A DNA stretch of 64,000 nt from NCBI GenBank assembly GCA_964016885.1, contig OZ024743.1, positions 361,088,001-361,152,000 of the forward strand, in the 5' to 3' direction. The notes under the pieces are model-generated. The model ran no database searches. It saw only the letters and a program-made list of their open reading frames with translations, and had not been told where the DNA came from. This DNA is from Eledone cirrhosa. Its lineage: Eukaryota. Every line of letters starts with the position of its first letter. Positions within the stretch are counted from its first letter, which is position 1. The position numbers and the translations under genes are program-made. Of the stretch, positions 14,399-28,248 are shown in pieces.

Positions 14399-16374
14399 TA
14401 GTTCAAGTCAGTGACAAAACAGAGATACGATGAGTCTTATTGTTTCACGCTTTATATGGGAAAGAGGAAAGAAATTCGACGTGTCGGGCTTTAGCTCCTC
14501 TTCGGGAGTACAACAATTAGAGGCGCGATCACGAAGGATAGACTCAGAAAATACTAGATAAACAGCTGTGCAGAATATATATAAGTTTCGAGGAGCAGTA
14601 TTTTAGTTAGGGCTGGAAGAGCAGGAATTAAATTTGTAGCCGCAACAAGCAAGTGATAACTTACGCTAGGCTCTATTCCATAGCCGCATAACCACAACCG
14701 CAAGACCTAGTCAGTGTTTGAGATTTTAAAATTAACTATATTTCAAATTTGAATTTAAAGAATATTAAATTTGTCATCTTACTTTTCTATTTCAAAATAT
14801 GTTTTCTTTAGTATGACTCGTATCCTTTTATAAAATATTCATGTTTGAAATTATCCACAATTGAAACCGGTTATCACAAAGACAGGGTATTAGTGTCTGT
14901 TTTCTTTTTCGAAAAGAATGAAATGAACAATGTGGAATATAGAAATGTATTAGTGGGAATTGAAGGACTCACCGTTTTTTTATCCTCATCTTTATTGTTC
15001 TGGGAGCAACAAACAACCTATAGGAATTTGTGAAGGAACTATTGTTTCAATCGTTTTCTTTTCAAAAATAATTACAATAGAAACATGTTATTTTTTATGT
15101 ATGTATATGTATAGAGAGAAATGTAGTGCTATCGCTCTTCATGTTTTCTTTCTTGTAAGTGTGTATTAATGATATTCTAATGTTCTAATTTTCCCTTTTC
15201 TTTACATTTCCAATGACCGTTTAGCCTATTGCATGCCGGTTCTTTCAAAACATTATTTTTTTATGATTTCAGAACTATCTGCTGCCAAATTTTGAGACTT
15301 TAAAATCACCACATACTTGGTGTGCATAAGCTTGTTGCGAGTGAAATTAGATATCTTCCTCTTTCGGAGTAAATCCATCGTACAAAACACTCCCTTACAG
15401 TCTTGTCAGCCTTATCATGAACATAACAAAAGGACACATTTGGAAGCACTTTTCGTTAGCCTAGCGAAGCAACCGTAAGTATATTAAATCACATTAAATC
15501 AAATTGTTTTGATAAAAATGTTACAGTCGGATTAAAATTTGGACCTTTTATTGTCCTTCATTTTATGAACTATAAAATTATATCGATCATAAAATTTTCC
15601 TGGGCACATATACATTTTATTTTTGAACATATATATATATATGAGTGTGTTTGTGTGTGTGTGTATGTGTGAGTGTGTGTGTATGTGTGTGTGTGTGTGT
15701 GTGTATGTGTGTTTGTGTGTGTGTGTTTGTGTGTGTTTGTACATATAAACAAATTTAAGGATTTGAATCTATAGTAGAAAAGCCATGTTAAATTTTCAAG
15801 GCTGTGAAATAGAAATCGAAATCACATGCTTTAATGCGAAGAACCCTCCTTCACTAATCACTAAGCAGCTCCTTACAGGAATATTCAAGTTCAGTAAAAA
15901 AATCAGTTGAACGTTACCCAACAAAACGTGTATGGGTTAAGGACACTAGAGATGTAACAATGAACTATAAACAAAATTACAATTGTAGCATCCTCATCAG
16001 TTACAATTATTATTATTTTTTTTAATTACGTAGTTGTGATGATTGATGGGATTTAATATCATTCACTTCCATTATTTCTTATTTGAAATTGATCTGTATA
16101 ATAAAATCTATATTTGTAATGCATCAAATAAATTTTGAATACAAAAAAACTATATGAAATTGAATAGAAATGTAGAATCATGGACAAACACATTCATGCA
16201 AATACAGCCACACACACACGTGCAGGCAAACAAGCACAAAGATATGTGTGTACACATGCATGCATACATATACACAGATATTAATTTCAGAGAGGAAACA
16301 ATATCATGAGATTGGTGTATATATATCCATACATATTTACACAGGCGAACATCATGATACACACTCACACACGC

Positions 16375-16427
<53 letters not shown>

Positions 16428-16479
16428 TGAGATTCTACAGGACTAGAACTGTTTCATTCATTAGAAATCATCAGGAATC

Positions 16480-16540
16480 AGATGAGATTCCTGATGATTT
16501 CTAATGAATGAAACAGTTCTAGTCCTGTAGAATCTCATCT
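16480..16540 (+). ncRNA. Type I hammerhead ribozyme (PLE pLTR-type), with a mirror copy on the minus strand at ~16425-16479
   Basis: Helix I AGATGAGATTC/GAATCTCATCT (11 bp), core CTGATGA 16491-16497, short helix II TTC-TAAT-GAA, GAAA at 16510, helix III ACAG/CTGT, GTA cleavage triplet 16527-16529. Confidence 0.8.
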
Positions 16541-16747
16541 ATATTAAAACTGTTATACTCTGCTATGTATTGAGTACCTTACTTACTGTGGTTACCTCCG
16601 ATTCAACCCGGAATAACGTATATATATATATATTTATTAAAATAATCTGTTATTTTAATAAATATTAGCTCTACGGTTCTTATATATTTTATATATATTT
16701 ATCCTTATCGAGCCCTCTTTGGATTTTGTCTTCAAATTTATTATTAT

Positions 16748-16816
<69 letters not shown>

Positions 16817-16953
16817 TAAGTATGTATACGTACATACATATCTGTATACAGACGTACAGTAGTATGTATGTACATACTTACATGCACACATATATATATA
16901 CATGTACGTATGGGTTTACCGAACATTTATTATAATTCTCGGTTTGTTTGTAA

Positions 16954-17420
16954 ATAATTGTTTCTACTTTAGGCACAAGGCCAGCAAATACCCAGTGCAT
17001 TACTGGTACTTTATTTTATCGACCCCGTAAGGATGAAAGGCAAAGTCAACCTCGGCGGGATTTGAACTCAGATCGTAAAGAGACGTAACTATGCTGGAAA
17101 GCATGGCCCCCGACCCTCTACCGATACTGCCAATCCACCGGTTTGTTGGTAAATAATTGTTTCTACTTTAGGCAGAAGGCCAGCAAAAACCCAGTACATT
17201 ACTGGTACTTTATTTTATCGACCCCGTAAGGATGAAAGACAAAGTTAACCTCGGCGGGATTTGAACTCAGACTGTAAAGGGACGTAACTATGCTAGAAAG
17301 CATTGCGTCGAAATAATTGTTTCTACTTTAGGCACAAGGCCAGCAATTTAGCAGTTCATTACTGGTACTTTTTTTTATCGACCGTGTAAGGATGAAAGGC
17401 AAAGTCAAGCTCGGCGGGAT
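16954..17420 (-). mobile_element. Cluster of three tandem family-A SINEs (16954-17140, 17152-17311, 17312-17420 truncated)
   Basis: Each begins ATAATTGTTTCTACTTTAGGCA and contains TTTATCGACC..TAAGGATGAAAG..AAAGT; the first copy is flanked by CGGTTTGTT(T/G)GTAAA direct repeats. Confidence 0.85.
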
Positions 17421-17722
17421 GGCATCCAAATAATGACAGCTAATAAGCTAGAAACTAGTTCATCGTTCCTTTGTCAGTGTTGAACAAAATGGCAACGATG
17501 GTTGTCGAACACTTTACGGCTAAGAATTTGGGCAGTTTGTTTACAAACAAACCGAACATTATAATAAATGTTCTGTAAACCCATACGTACATATATATAT
17601 AAGTGTGCATATATATATATACATACTACTGTACGTCTGTATATATATATGTATGTACGTATACATACTTATATTTAAGTATCAGCCGTACTAAGAGTGA
17701 GAAATGAAACTTCATTTTTTCC

Positions 17723-17787
<65 letters not shown>

Positions 17788-18767
17788 AAGAATGAAAGGG
17801 GCTTTATTTCAAGTATTAACAACTGTTTCAGCGATCAGGTGAGTCTAAAGGCCGCTAATCACTCGAAGTTGCGTCACTCAACCTTAAATACAGTGTTTAC
17901 CTCTGATCAAATACTCAGAATACTAGAGAACTCACATATGGCAATGGTTATATATAGATACAGCGTAGAATCAAAACAATAACATCAGTAATAAAATATA
18001 ATGATAAAGTGGTAAAGAAGTTACAGATGTAAAAATAAAAAAATACGTTAAAAAATATATAAGTACAGAATACGATAGTTGATAATAGTGGTGGTGGTGA
18101 TAAGTATGTGTAGGCATAAAGATGTAAGGGTGGAGGTAATACTAACAGGAAAAGCATCATTAGATATATACATATATACGTGGTGGTCAAAGAGTTAGAC
18201 GTAGAGAATAAGAAGTAGTAACAAATGACAGATAAAAGATAAAAAATAATAAATTAAAAATTAAGTGAGAGATACGGGGATGAGACATAAAGGATAAGGC
18301 TAAGGACGGGGAAGGGGATTTTGATGTGTGTCTGGTAAATGTTTAGCGTGCTGATTGTCTTGTCTTAATGGCGTTGATGTGGCTTCAGGGAGAGAGAGTG
18401 AAAGAAAGGTTAGGAGATTTATGATCTATTGTGAGTTCTCTAATGTTCTCAGGATTTGATCAGAGGTAAACATTGTATTCTAATTTGAGTGACGCAACTT
18501 CGAGAGATTAGCGGTATTTAAACTCACCTTATCAATGAAACAATCGTTAATACTTGAAATAAAGCCCTTGTGGTACAACCGCCCATGTTATTCTTCATTT
18601 TTTCACTATCATGACTCCAAGTATAAACTGAATAAGAATTCTCGAGAACTCGCTACCTAACTATGGAAACACTTTGATGAGTCAAACAACGCCGCACGTT
18701 AAAACTATCCACAATACAGAGTACTCAAAACCTCTAACTGGATTACCTATAACGATAACTTATTATC

Positions 18768-18813
<46 letters not shown>

Positions 18814-18938
18814 ATATATATATATATATATATATATATATTGAGTATATGTTGCTTGTATACCAAAACCTCAGTATGCTGATTGGAGCACTCGACGAGG
18901 TGCGCATCTTGGTTTGGTTACTCCGGAATAATGTAAAG

Positions 18939-19502
<564 letters not shown>

Positions 19503-19918
19503 ATATATATCTATATATATAATATATATATAGGGGTTGTAACGTCCAGTTACGGTAGGTTCACCAGAGTGAGCACTCGATGCGTAGTTTCCAGTAGGTA
19601 CTAAAAGCAGAGTGTAATACTACTACTAATAAAGGGACGACCTGTTCATTACATAATGAATGTAACGAATATATAATACTTCGTCTTTTTTAATATTATT
19701 GGTATGTATATAAACGCATATATGCGTGCGTGCGTGTAAGTGTGTCATAAATGTGTGCATGTAAATATGTCGGATGATGGCCTGTCTGAAGAGCAGGCCG
19801 AAATCGCATCAGATCCATAACGTCCATGGGTAAACCTGAAACAATCCCCTGCGAAACGTGGGTGAGGAGTTGATCTACAATAACAATTTGAGTACAGGTA
19901 AACGAAAGTTCCTCACTG

Positions 19919-19977
<59 letters not shown>

Positions 19978-19980
<3 letters not shown>

Positions 19981-20230
19981 TCATCATCTCATCATCTTCA
20001 TTTAAAGTCCATCTTCCACGCTAGCATGGGTTAGACTGGAGTTGTCCCACTTGAGGCAAGGTTGGTCGGGTGACTGTGTCTCGCTCATATAGGACTATCT
20101 GGCACGTTTTCTATGGCTGGATGCACTTCCTAATACCAACACGTTTACAGTGTGGAACTGGGAACTTTTTACCGTGTTACCTCCACGGCCACAGCGTGGA
20201 ATGTGTTTTTTTAAGACGTGACACCTACAC
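19978..20230 (-). mobile_element. RTE-associated SINE or non-autonomous element relic
   Basis: (ATC)n tail plus TTTCTATGGCTGGATGCACTTCCTAATACCAAC, the reverse complement of the GGAAGGGCATCCGGCCGTA-type motif seen in RTE-related repeats. Confidence 0.5.
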
Positions 20231-20399
20231 GATCCCGATCTCATTATTTCATTTATTTGGACTGGATGTTGTGGTACCAACTTTACAGAGAGAGAGGGTG
20301 GTGTTGGTGGGACTGGGAGGATAGGGTAGGGGTAGTGGATTGGGGTTTATATTTGGTTAAGAGGTGCCTACTGACTGTAGGTTTCGCTTTGTACATAGG

Positions 20400-23300
20400 C
20401 AAGGCGGGCCTTCTGTATTACTGAGTAGCGCCAAAAATCCCGGTCCAGTGACATTTTCTTAGAGAAGTGCAAGTGTGTAAGTTCGGAATTTATCAGATTG
20501 TCCCGGTTTTTTCTGGGTCTACCTACTCCATAACTACCATCAATTTTGATCGCCCTGCACTTCTTTATACAGCTGTCGCCTTTCATGCGCATTACGTGGC
20601 CATACCAGCGTAGTCTTCTCTCAAGTAAACAGCATCTGATCCCTCTGATACCTAATTTCTCACTTAGTTCATTTATGCTTTGCCGTTCACGTATATTACT
20701 ATTACACATCTAACGGAGCATGCATGCTTCGTTCCTTTCCAGTCTGTGCAGGACCTTTGCACGTAATGCCCATGTCTCACTGCCATGTAGCATTGCTGTC
20801 CGTATACAGGCATCATACAATCTGCCTTTCATTTTTAGAGAGAAATCTTTTGTGGCCAACAGCGGTGAAGCTCTCTGAACTTTATCCATTCCATTCTGAC
20901 TCTGGCTACTGTACTTTCAGAACACCCTCCACCACTGCTGATTTCGTCAACCAGGTAACGGTAAGTGTCCACTATTTCTATAGAACCATCTGGGCAATAG
21001 AAGGAGTTAGTATCCTGTGGATACTTGCTATTTATTGCACCTGAGCATCGGCCACATATAAAGTCTACGTTCTTAGATAGTTTACCTGTGACCCCACTCC
21101 ATGTTTCATGTACCCATACTTTGCATTTGGGACAGAAAATGGAATTTATGCCTACTCCTTTCCTACACACTGAGCATGGCCATTTCCCTGAGGGTGTCTG
21201 TGCCCTATTTTCCTTTCTACAAACTAGAACTTTAGTATTAGACAAGTTAACTTTAAGGCCTTTTGATTCTAGGTCATGCTTCCATGTTTGGAATTTCTTC
21301 TCTAGTTCAGCCATTGATTCCGCTATGAGCGTTAGATCATCTGCGTATAGGAGTTCCCATGGGCAGCCTGTCTTGAACTCCTCTGTTATAGCCTGAAGAG
21401 CAATAATACATAGGAGGGGGCTAAGGACAGAGCCTTGAAGAACACCAACTTTTACACTAAATTCTTCACAATATTCATCGTTAATTCTAACCTTACTGAT
21501 TGTTTCTTTATACATAGCTTTTATAGCTCTCACAAGCCATTCATCAACACCTAGTTTTCTAAGATCCCTCCAGATAAAGCTAAATAGAGGGGTTTACATT
21601 TAACAAGTTACTTCTCCTGGAGTTGTCGTACAAGGAAAAGAGCGTTTGTGGTACTTTTACCTGACACAAAACCAAACTGCATTTCATCTAGATCAATTCG
21701 CTCTCTGATTAGTTGCGCTATAACTCTTTCTGTGACCTTCATGACCTGGTCAACTAACTTAATGCCTCTATAGTTTCCCCTATCTAGAGCATCTCCTTTA
21801 CCCTTGTAGCAGTAATGATGCTGCTGCTACGCCAGTCTTTTGGTATGACTCCATTCTGTATTACTTGGTTAACTATACGGGTGACCATAGTATGTCCCAC
21901 CATTCCAGATGCCTTCAACATCTCAGCAACTATCTCCGAAGGCCCAGCTGCCTTGCCTGTCTTCATATCTTTGATTGCCTTACTTATTATACTACCTTTA
22001 ACTTGCACCGCTGGTCCTTCTATTGGATCGGTTTGGTGCAGACTATCTTTTTCCCATGTATTCTCCTAATTTAATAGTCTCTCGTAGTAACACTTCCAGG
22101 CTATCTTCTTATCAGTATCAGTGAGGGCAAGTGCACTGTTATCATTACGGACACACTTCTCTCCGACAATATCACGGTTTTCCTTGACACATTGTCTAGC
22201 AATCCTGAACACCTCACGTTTTTGGTCCTCACGTTGTAAAACATGCTTGAACTTTCTATCTTCTGCTTCCCTTTTTGAAAGGTACACTTGTCTCCTAGCT
22301 TCTCTCCTGGCCACTTGTTAGTGCACTCTACTTCCCCCATCCTGCTATACTTGCCAAGCCTGCTTTTTGGCCTTGATTGTCCCTTCCACCTTACTGTTCC
22401 ACCACCAAGTTACTCTCTTCCTGCCAATAGGTCTGCTCCAGCCACAGATTTCATCCGTTGCTTTCAGTAGGTTCACTTTCAAGAATTGCCACTGTTCCTC
22501 TATATTGCACGTCTCTAATTGCTCTTCCTTATTGTCAAAGGCATCAAGTAATAAGCTTTTAAATTTGTCACTGGCTATGGGGTCCTTCAACTTCCATATT
22601 CTTCTCCCCAAGGTAGGCCTCCTCTGCCGTCGAGTACGTCTATTCCTGACTATGAGGTCACTAACTACTAGGCTATGTTGGGAGGTGCATTTTTCACGGG
22701 GGAGGAATTTAGTGTTTGTAACAGACACTTTGTCCCGTCTTCTAGCAAGGATATAATCTATCTAGCTGGCGTGTTCCCCTGATCTATAGTTGATCAAGTG
22801 GTATTCTCGTTTTTTGAAGTTTGTGTTACAGATAGTTAGGTTATTAGCGTCCAGAATTCCAGGATTCTGAAGCCCTCCTCATTTCTATTTCCAACCCCAT
22901 AGCCTCCATGGATTCCATCATAGCCATCACTATGCTGTCCAACGTGACCGTTTAGATCGCCAGCAATAATTAAATAGTCGCTGTCGGTTATTTGGGAGGT
23001 AGTGTGCATTAGCATCTCATAGAACCTGTCCTTTATAACGTCAGGTAGACCAGATTGGGGTGCATAAGCAGATAATATAGTCACACTAGTTCTATTTAGA
23101 ACTAGTCTTATTTTAATTATTCTGTCATTCACTCTATTTACGTCAATTGCCTAATCTACCCATTTGGGGCTAACATAATTCCTACACCACCCGGTCCGTT
23201 GTCATTTCCCACCCAGAAAAGTTTATAGCATCGTTTATTACCCACGATGAATCTGGCAGACCCACCTCTCTACCTAGTCTCTTGAATACAACAGACATCA

Positions 23301-23400
23301 ACTTCCTTACGTTCAAGCATCTCTAAAACCTCATTTTGAGCGACCTTTCAATGTGACTACGTTCATGGTACCAACTTTGAAGTTGCGAGGGTGGGATGGA
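20400..23400 (-). mobile_element. Near full-length degenerate RTE-clade LINE (APE + RT with embedded PHD-like Cys cluster)
   Basis: KVGTMNVVTLKGR; ILSAYAPQSG...IAGDLNGHVG; SQHSLVVSDL; TWWWN; MKTGKAAGP; VGVLQGSVLSPLL; LLYADDL; RLRWYGHVMR...GRPRK. Internal deletion near 21570-21600. Confidence 0.9.
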
Positions 23401-24087
23401 TGGGTTGGAGGGGCAGGGAGGGCTGTGAGAGACGGAATTATGTTAGTCATCCGTGTCTGAAATAAAGAGGGGTCCTTGTATTCTCGTCCTGCAGTGGGAG
23501 ATAAATTTATCTTTATCTGTGACATTGTCAGTGAGTGCTTAGGCTTTCCAAATTCCGCAGTGCACCCATCAAACAGGTCTAAACTTAAGGAGTAGTAACC
23601 GAGGTGGTAGCTTTGCTATACTGATTTGTTAGAGAACTTACTATAAGCCGCTGAATTATGATTGGACCATATAGCAATGGTGATAGGAGGGCGGGAAATG
23701 GGTAACTTTAGGAGAAGATTAGTTTTTAGGAAGGGTCCAACAGAATGAGACATATTATTAAAAACATGTAAAATATTAATTGAAAATCCGAGAGAAAAAC
23801 GGAGAATTTGAATTCTAGACTGGCATAAATAGAAGTTTAAAACTCTGCTTATTGAGTCGACTACGGGTAAAATGAAGGACAAGTATTTTGCTTACATTCC
23901 TAAAATCCACGACAGATCGTCCGTAAGATAGATTAGATGGATAGATAAATTCTGTCCTTGGGAACCCAACAAGGTTTATTTTATACTTGCGATCGATGGG
24001 GGGGGGGGGGGGTATGAGAGAAGGAGCAAAGTGTTTGCAAAGTTAGAGGGCGTGATGCAGGAAGGTTCTAGAATAATTAATTAATAA

Positions 24088-24505
24088 TAATTATTTCTAT
24101 TTTTGGCACAAATTATCCAGTGCATTACTGGTATTTTATTTTATCGACCCCGTAAGGATGAAAGGCAAAGTTAACCTCGGTGGGATTTGAACTCATACCG
24201 TAAAAGGACGTAACTTTGCTGCAAAGTATGGGTCCGACCCTCTACCGATACTGCCAATCCACCTAGGAAGGGTCCAACAGACTGAGACATATTGGTGGAT
24301 TGGCAGTATCGGTAGAGGTTCGGACGCCATGCTTTGCCGCATAGAGTTACGGCCCTTTATGATCTGAGTTCAAATCCCACCGAGGTTAACTTTGCCTTAA
24401 ATCCTTACGGGGTCGATAAAATAATGTATGAGTCACACACTGGGGTCAATTTCATCGACCTTTCCCTCCCCCCAAAATTGCTGGCCGTGTGATTAAATAA
24501 GAAAC
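24088..24505. mobile_element. Head-to-head pair of family-A SINEs (24088-24263 minus; 24293-24505 plus)
   Basis: CTCTACCGATACTGCCAATCCACC faces GGTGGATTGGCAGTATCGGTAGAG across a ~29-bp spacer. Confidence 0.85.
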
Positions 24506-24917
24506 CATTATTAAAATTATGTAAAATATTAATTGAAAATCCGAGAGAAAATCGGAGAATTTGAATTCTAGACTGGCATAAATAGAAGTTTAAAACTCTG
24601 CTTATTGAGCCGACTACGGGTAAAAGGAAAGACAAGCATTTTGCTTACATTCTCAAATTTGTTTTCTTCTTTTATTTTATTTTCATTGCCTAATCATTAT
24701 TATTACTATTATCACTATTTGTACAAATATGCAACTTAACAATATACTGTATATCCGCAATTGACAATGCATTTAATGCCGAAACCGGTTTTGTAAATAA
24801 ATTAAGGTTTTAATATCTCTCTCGAAACAATCCCTTCAACATTTTCTACTGAGAGAATCTTTTTTCTTTCAAATATATGTATTTATATATATCAACTCGT
24901 GTGTTAATTTTCTACAT

Positions 24918-24951
<34 letters not shown>

Positions 24952-24957
<6 letters not shown>

Positions 24958-27900
24958 GGGTATGACATTAAACTACATCCAGTGGCAAGGCTCCAGTTCG
25001 GGAGTTCAGGAGATGTGGGGAATGTGGAGTTACCCCTTAGTTGTCATGACTCCCAGGTCTGCCCTGGCCCGGGGTGGTAGTACCTGTTAGGGCTCCATTT
25101 ATGGGTTAAATAACTACCTTATTCGAGTGGCGCCGGTAAGGTATTGTCAGCCATTGAAAAGAAATATGGAGAGTCGATCTAACAGCACTAGGGTTAGAGC
25201 CCCTAATTACACTGTCAAGGAGCAGCCTGGTCGTTATGACTCTGCTGGCTTAGAGCCACAGAGAGGGCCAGTGGATGATGGATCAGCTGTCTCTGAGACA
25301 AATATAAAGAATGCAGTTTTGTCCTGCAGAAGAGCCATCAAAATGGGCACTTTGAATATGAGGACTATTCGAACGCTGGAGAAGAGAGAGGAGTTGGGAC
25401 ATCTGTTCGAGGAGAGTAGTATACAGATACTTGCGATCCAAGAACACAGGATTCTACACGATGAGCCCGTGGGGAGTGTGATGATCGGGAGGAAGAGCCA
25501 GCTCATCACTACATCGGCAGTGAAGAACACAACAAATGCTGCAGTAGGAGGAGTGGGTTTTGTGTTCAGTGCAAAAACCAATGTGTTGGTGAGGGAAATA
25601 ATGCCTATCTCCCCGCGAGTGTTGAGGGTGACCTTCAATGGAAACCCAAGACTGACAGTCATCTCAGCCTATAGTCCAACCGAGGGGACAGTGATGTGAA
25701 TGCCGAGGAGTTCCATGAGGAGGTGTGTAGAGTTGTCAACACCACTCAGGCACACAATATCCTGCTTGTTTTGGGGGACTTCAATGCACATCTGAGTAAG
25801 GAGGGCAGTGAAGATCCTTGCTGGTACTTCCATAACAGCACCAACCGAAATGGAAGACTACTGAGAGACACCCTGCTGGAGGCGAACTTGATGGTGACCA
25901 ACCTAAGGTTTAGGAAGAATCTGGGGAAGACGTGGACCTACATCTCAGATATGCACCTGTCCAAGTCCCAGATTGATTTCATTCTGGTGAGGAAAAAGTG
26001 GCGGAATAGTGTTCTGAACACGGAACCATACAGCTATTTCAGTACACTGGGTAGTGACCACCGGCTTATTATGAGTGAGGTCCGCGTGAGCTTAAGAAAG
26101 AGCAAGGCTCAGCCCCGGAGAACAATCTATGACTGGGGAGCTTTCAAGGAAGATGATAAGCTACAGGAGAGGTTCACAGTGGAAGTGAGAAACAGGTTTA
26201 GTGCTCTGTGTGGAGAGTCAGAGGAGAGAGAGATTGGATGGACTGAGGAGAGTGTGACGAGGAGGTACGGGCACTTCACCAATGCAGTGGCGAAAGCAAG
26301 TGAAACCCTGGTGCCAAGGAAAAAGAACAAAGGGAAGCACGTCAGCTCTGCAAACCCAAAAGTGTGTGCAGCCAGAGAACACCTGAAAGCTGCCAGGGAC
26401 CAATTCTATGCTGATCCTACGGAGGAGAGGATGGAGACTGTGGAGGTGATGAGGGAAGAGCTCTGTACCGCTTACACTGAGGTCAGAGAGGAGGCACTGA
26501 TAGAGAAGATCAGAAGTTTGGAGAGAGCGGTTGACAGATCTGGATGTAAGGAGAGCTGGATGATCATCAACGAGATCACAGGGAGGACGAAAAGGTGTTC
26601 AAGTCAGATCCAGGGAACGGGGCCCGAGGATAGGAAGAGGAAATGGCTAGACCATTTTAGGACCCTACTAGGAGAGCCACCCTCCACAGCCCAGAGCACT
26701 GGGGATATCAGGCGGCTGTTTGAGGAACTGGATGTTGAGACAGAGCCCTTCACCAGAGAGGAGCTTCAGAGAGCCAAGAAGAAGATCAAGGAGGGGCAAG
26801 GCTCATGGAGAAGATGGAGTGGCATCAGAGGTGATGAAGAGGTGTGATTTTGATGATATCATCCTGGGGTTCTGTAACGGGGCACTGGAGAAAGGAGTTG
26901 CCCCGAATCAGTGGAGGATCAGTAACATCGTCCCAGTGCCAAAGAAGGGAGATCTCTCTAACACCAACAACTACCGGGGGATCTCACTGACGTCACTTGT
27001 GGCAAAGACCCTCAACAGGATGATTCTTAACAGGATCCAGCCTGAGATGGAGAAGAAGCTCAGGGACAACCAGAACGGCTTCAGAGAGGGTAGATCAACC
27101 ATCAGTCACATCCTGATGTTGAGGAGGATATTAGAGGGAGCTAGAGCAAAGTGCCTTCCTGCGGTCATAGTTTTCATTGACTTTAGGAAGGCCTTTGTTT
27201 CTGTGGACCGTTACTATCTTACAGGCTTATGGAATCCCCAAGAGGATAGTGGACCTGATATCACTGCTCTACACCAACACCAAAGCCCAAGTCATTACAC
27301 CTGATGGGATGACAGAGTTCTTTGAGATACTGGCTGGAGTGCTCCAGGGAGTTACATTGGCTCCCTACCTTTTTGTCATCGTAGTGGACTATTGTATGCG
27401 CCTTGCACTGGAGAAACACCAGGACACTGGCTTTACTGTAGCACCGGCTCAGAGCAGGAGAGTTGGGACGAAAAAGGTATCGGATGCTGAATTTGCCGAC
27501 GACATAGTTTTGGTGACAAATACAGTGAAGGAGGCAGAGGATTTGATGCGGGAGGTTGAGACTGTGTGATGAGTGTGGGGCTGAGAATGAATGAGACTAA
27601 AACAAAATATCTGGTAGAGAATGTTGAGAAGCCAGAGGGGATCACTAATGTAGGCGGGAAGCCGCTGGAATTGGTTGAGGACTTCCTGTATTTGGGAGCA
27701 AAGATTGGGAATACGGAAGATGATGTGGTTGAGAGGAAGAGCAAGGCCTGGGCGGCGTGTCACAGCTTGAGATCGGTGTGGAAGTCAGACCTTCGTAGAG
27801 ACCTGAAAATCCGCCTCTTCATTGCTGTAGTGGAGTCTGTGCTGCCGTATGGGTCTGACTTGGACACTGACCAAGAGACTCACTCAGATGGTGGATGGGT

Positions 27901-28248
27901 GCTACACGAGAATGCTGGGGGATGGCTCTGAACATTAATCAGTATACACTGAGGATGAAAAACTCAGAGCTGTATGGGAGCATCCCAAAAGTCAGCTCAA
28001 AAGTGACACGGAGGAGACTGAGGTTGGCTGGACATGCTCACCGACATCCAGAGTTGACATTGCACTCAGTGCTCCTTTGGGAGCCCCTACATGGACACAC
28101 TAGAAGAGGAAGACCAAGGTTAACATATGTTGATGCCCTAAGGACAGACACTGGTCTGTTGGAGATGCAGGATATGGCAGCGATAATGAGGGACAGAGAC
28201 CGCTGGAGAGAACTCGTCCATGGATCTCGGGAATTTTACCCGCCTTAG
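24952..28248 (+). mobile_element. Full-length RTE-like LINE (copy A) inserted in (TA)n; APE + RT with a few frameshifts
   Basis: MGTLNMRT, IQEHR, ISAYSPT, LGDFNAH, SQIDFIL, GSDHRL (APE); NYRGISLTS, FIDFRKAF, GVLQG, EFADDI, LRLAGH, GRPRLTY (RT). The stop codon at 28248 runs directly into (AT)n. Confidence 0.92.

Noticed and set aside
14470-14510. HHR-like CCGAAGA-GGAGC-TAAA-GCCC-GACACGTC on the minus strand (similar relics near 19775-19815, 41555-41595 and 44800)
   Set aside because: Core boxes are mutated; likely dead PLE pLTR remnants and not supportable as functional RNAs.
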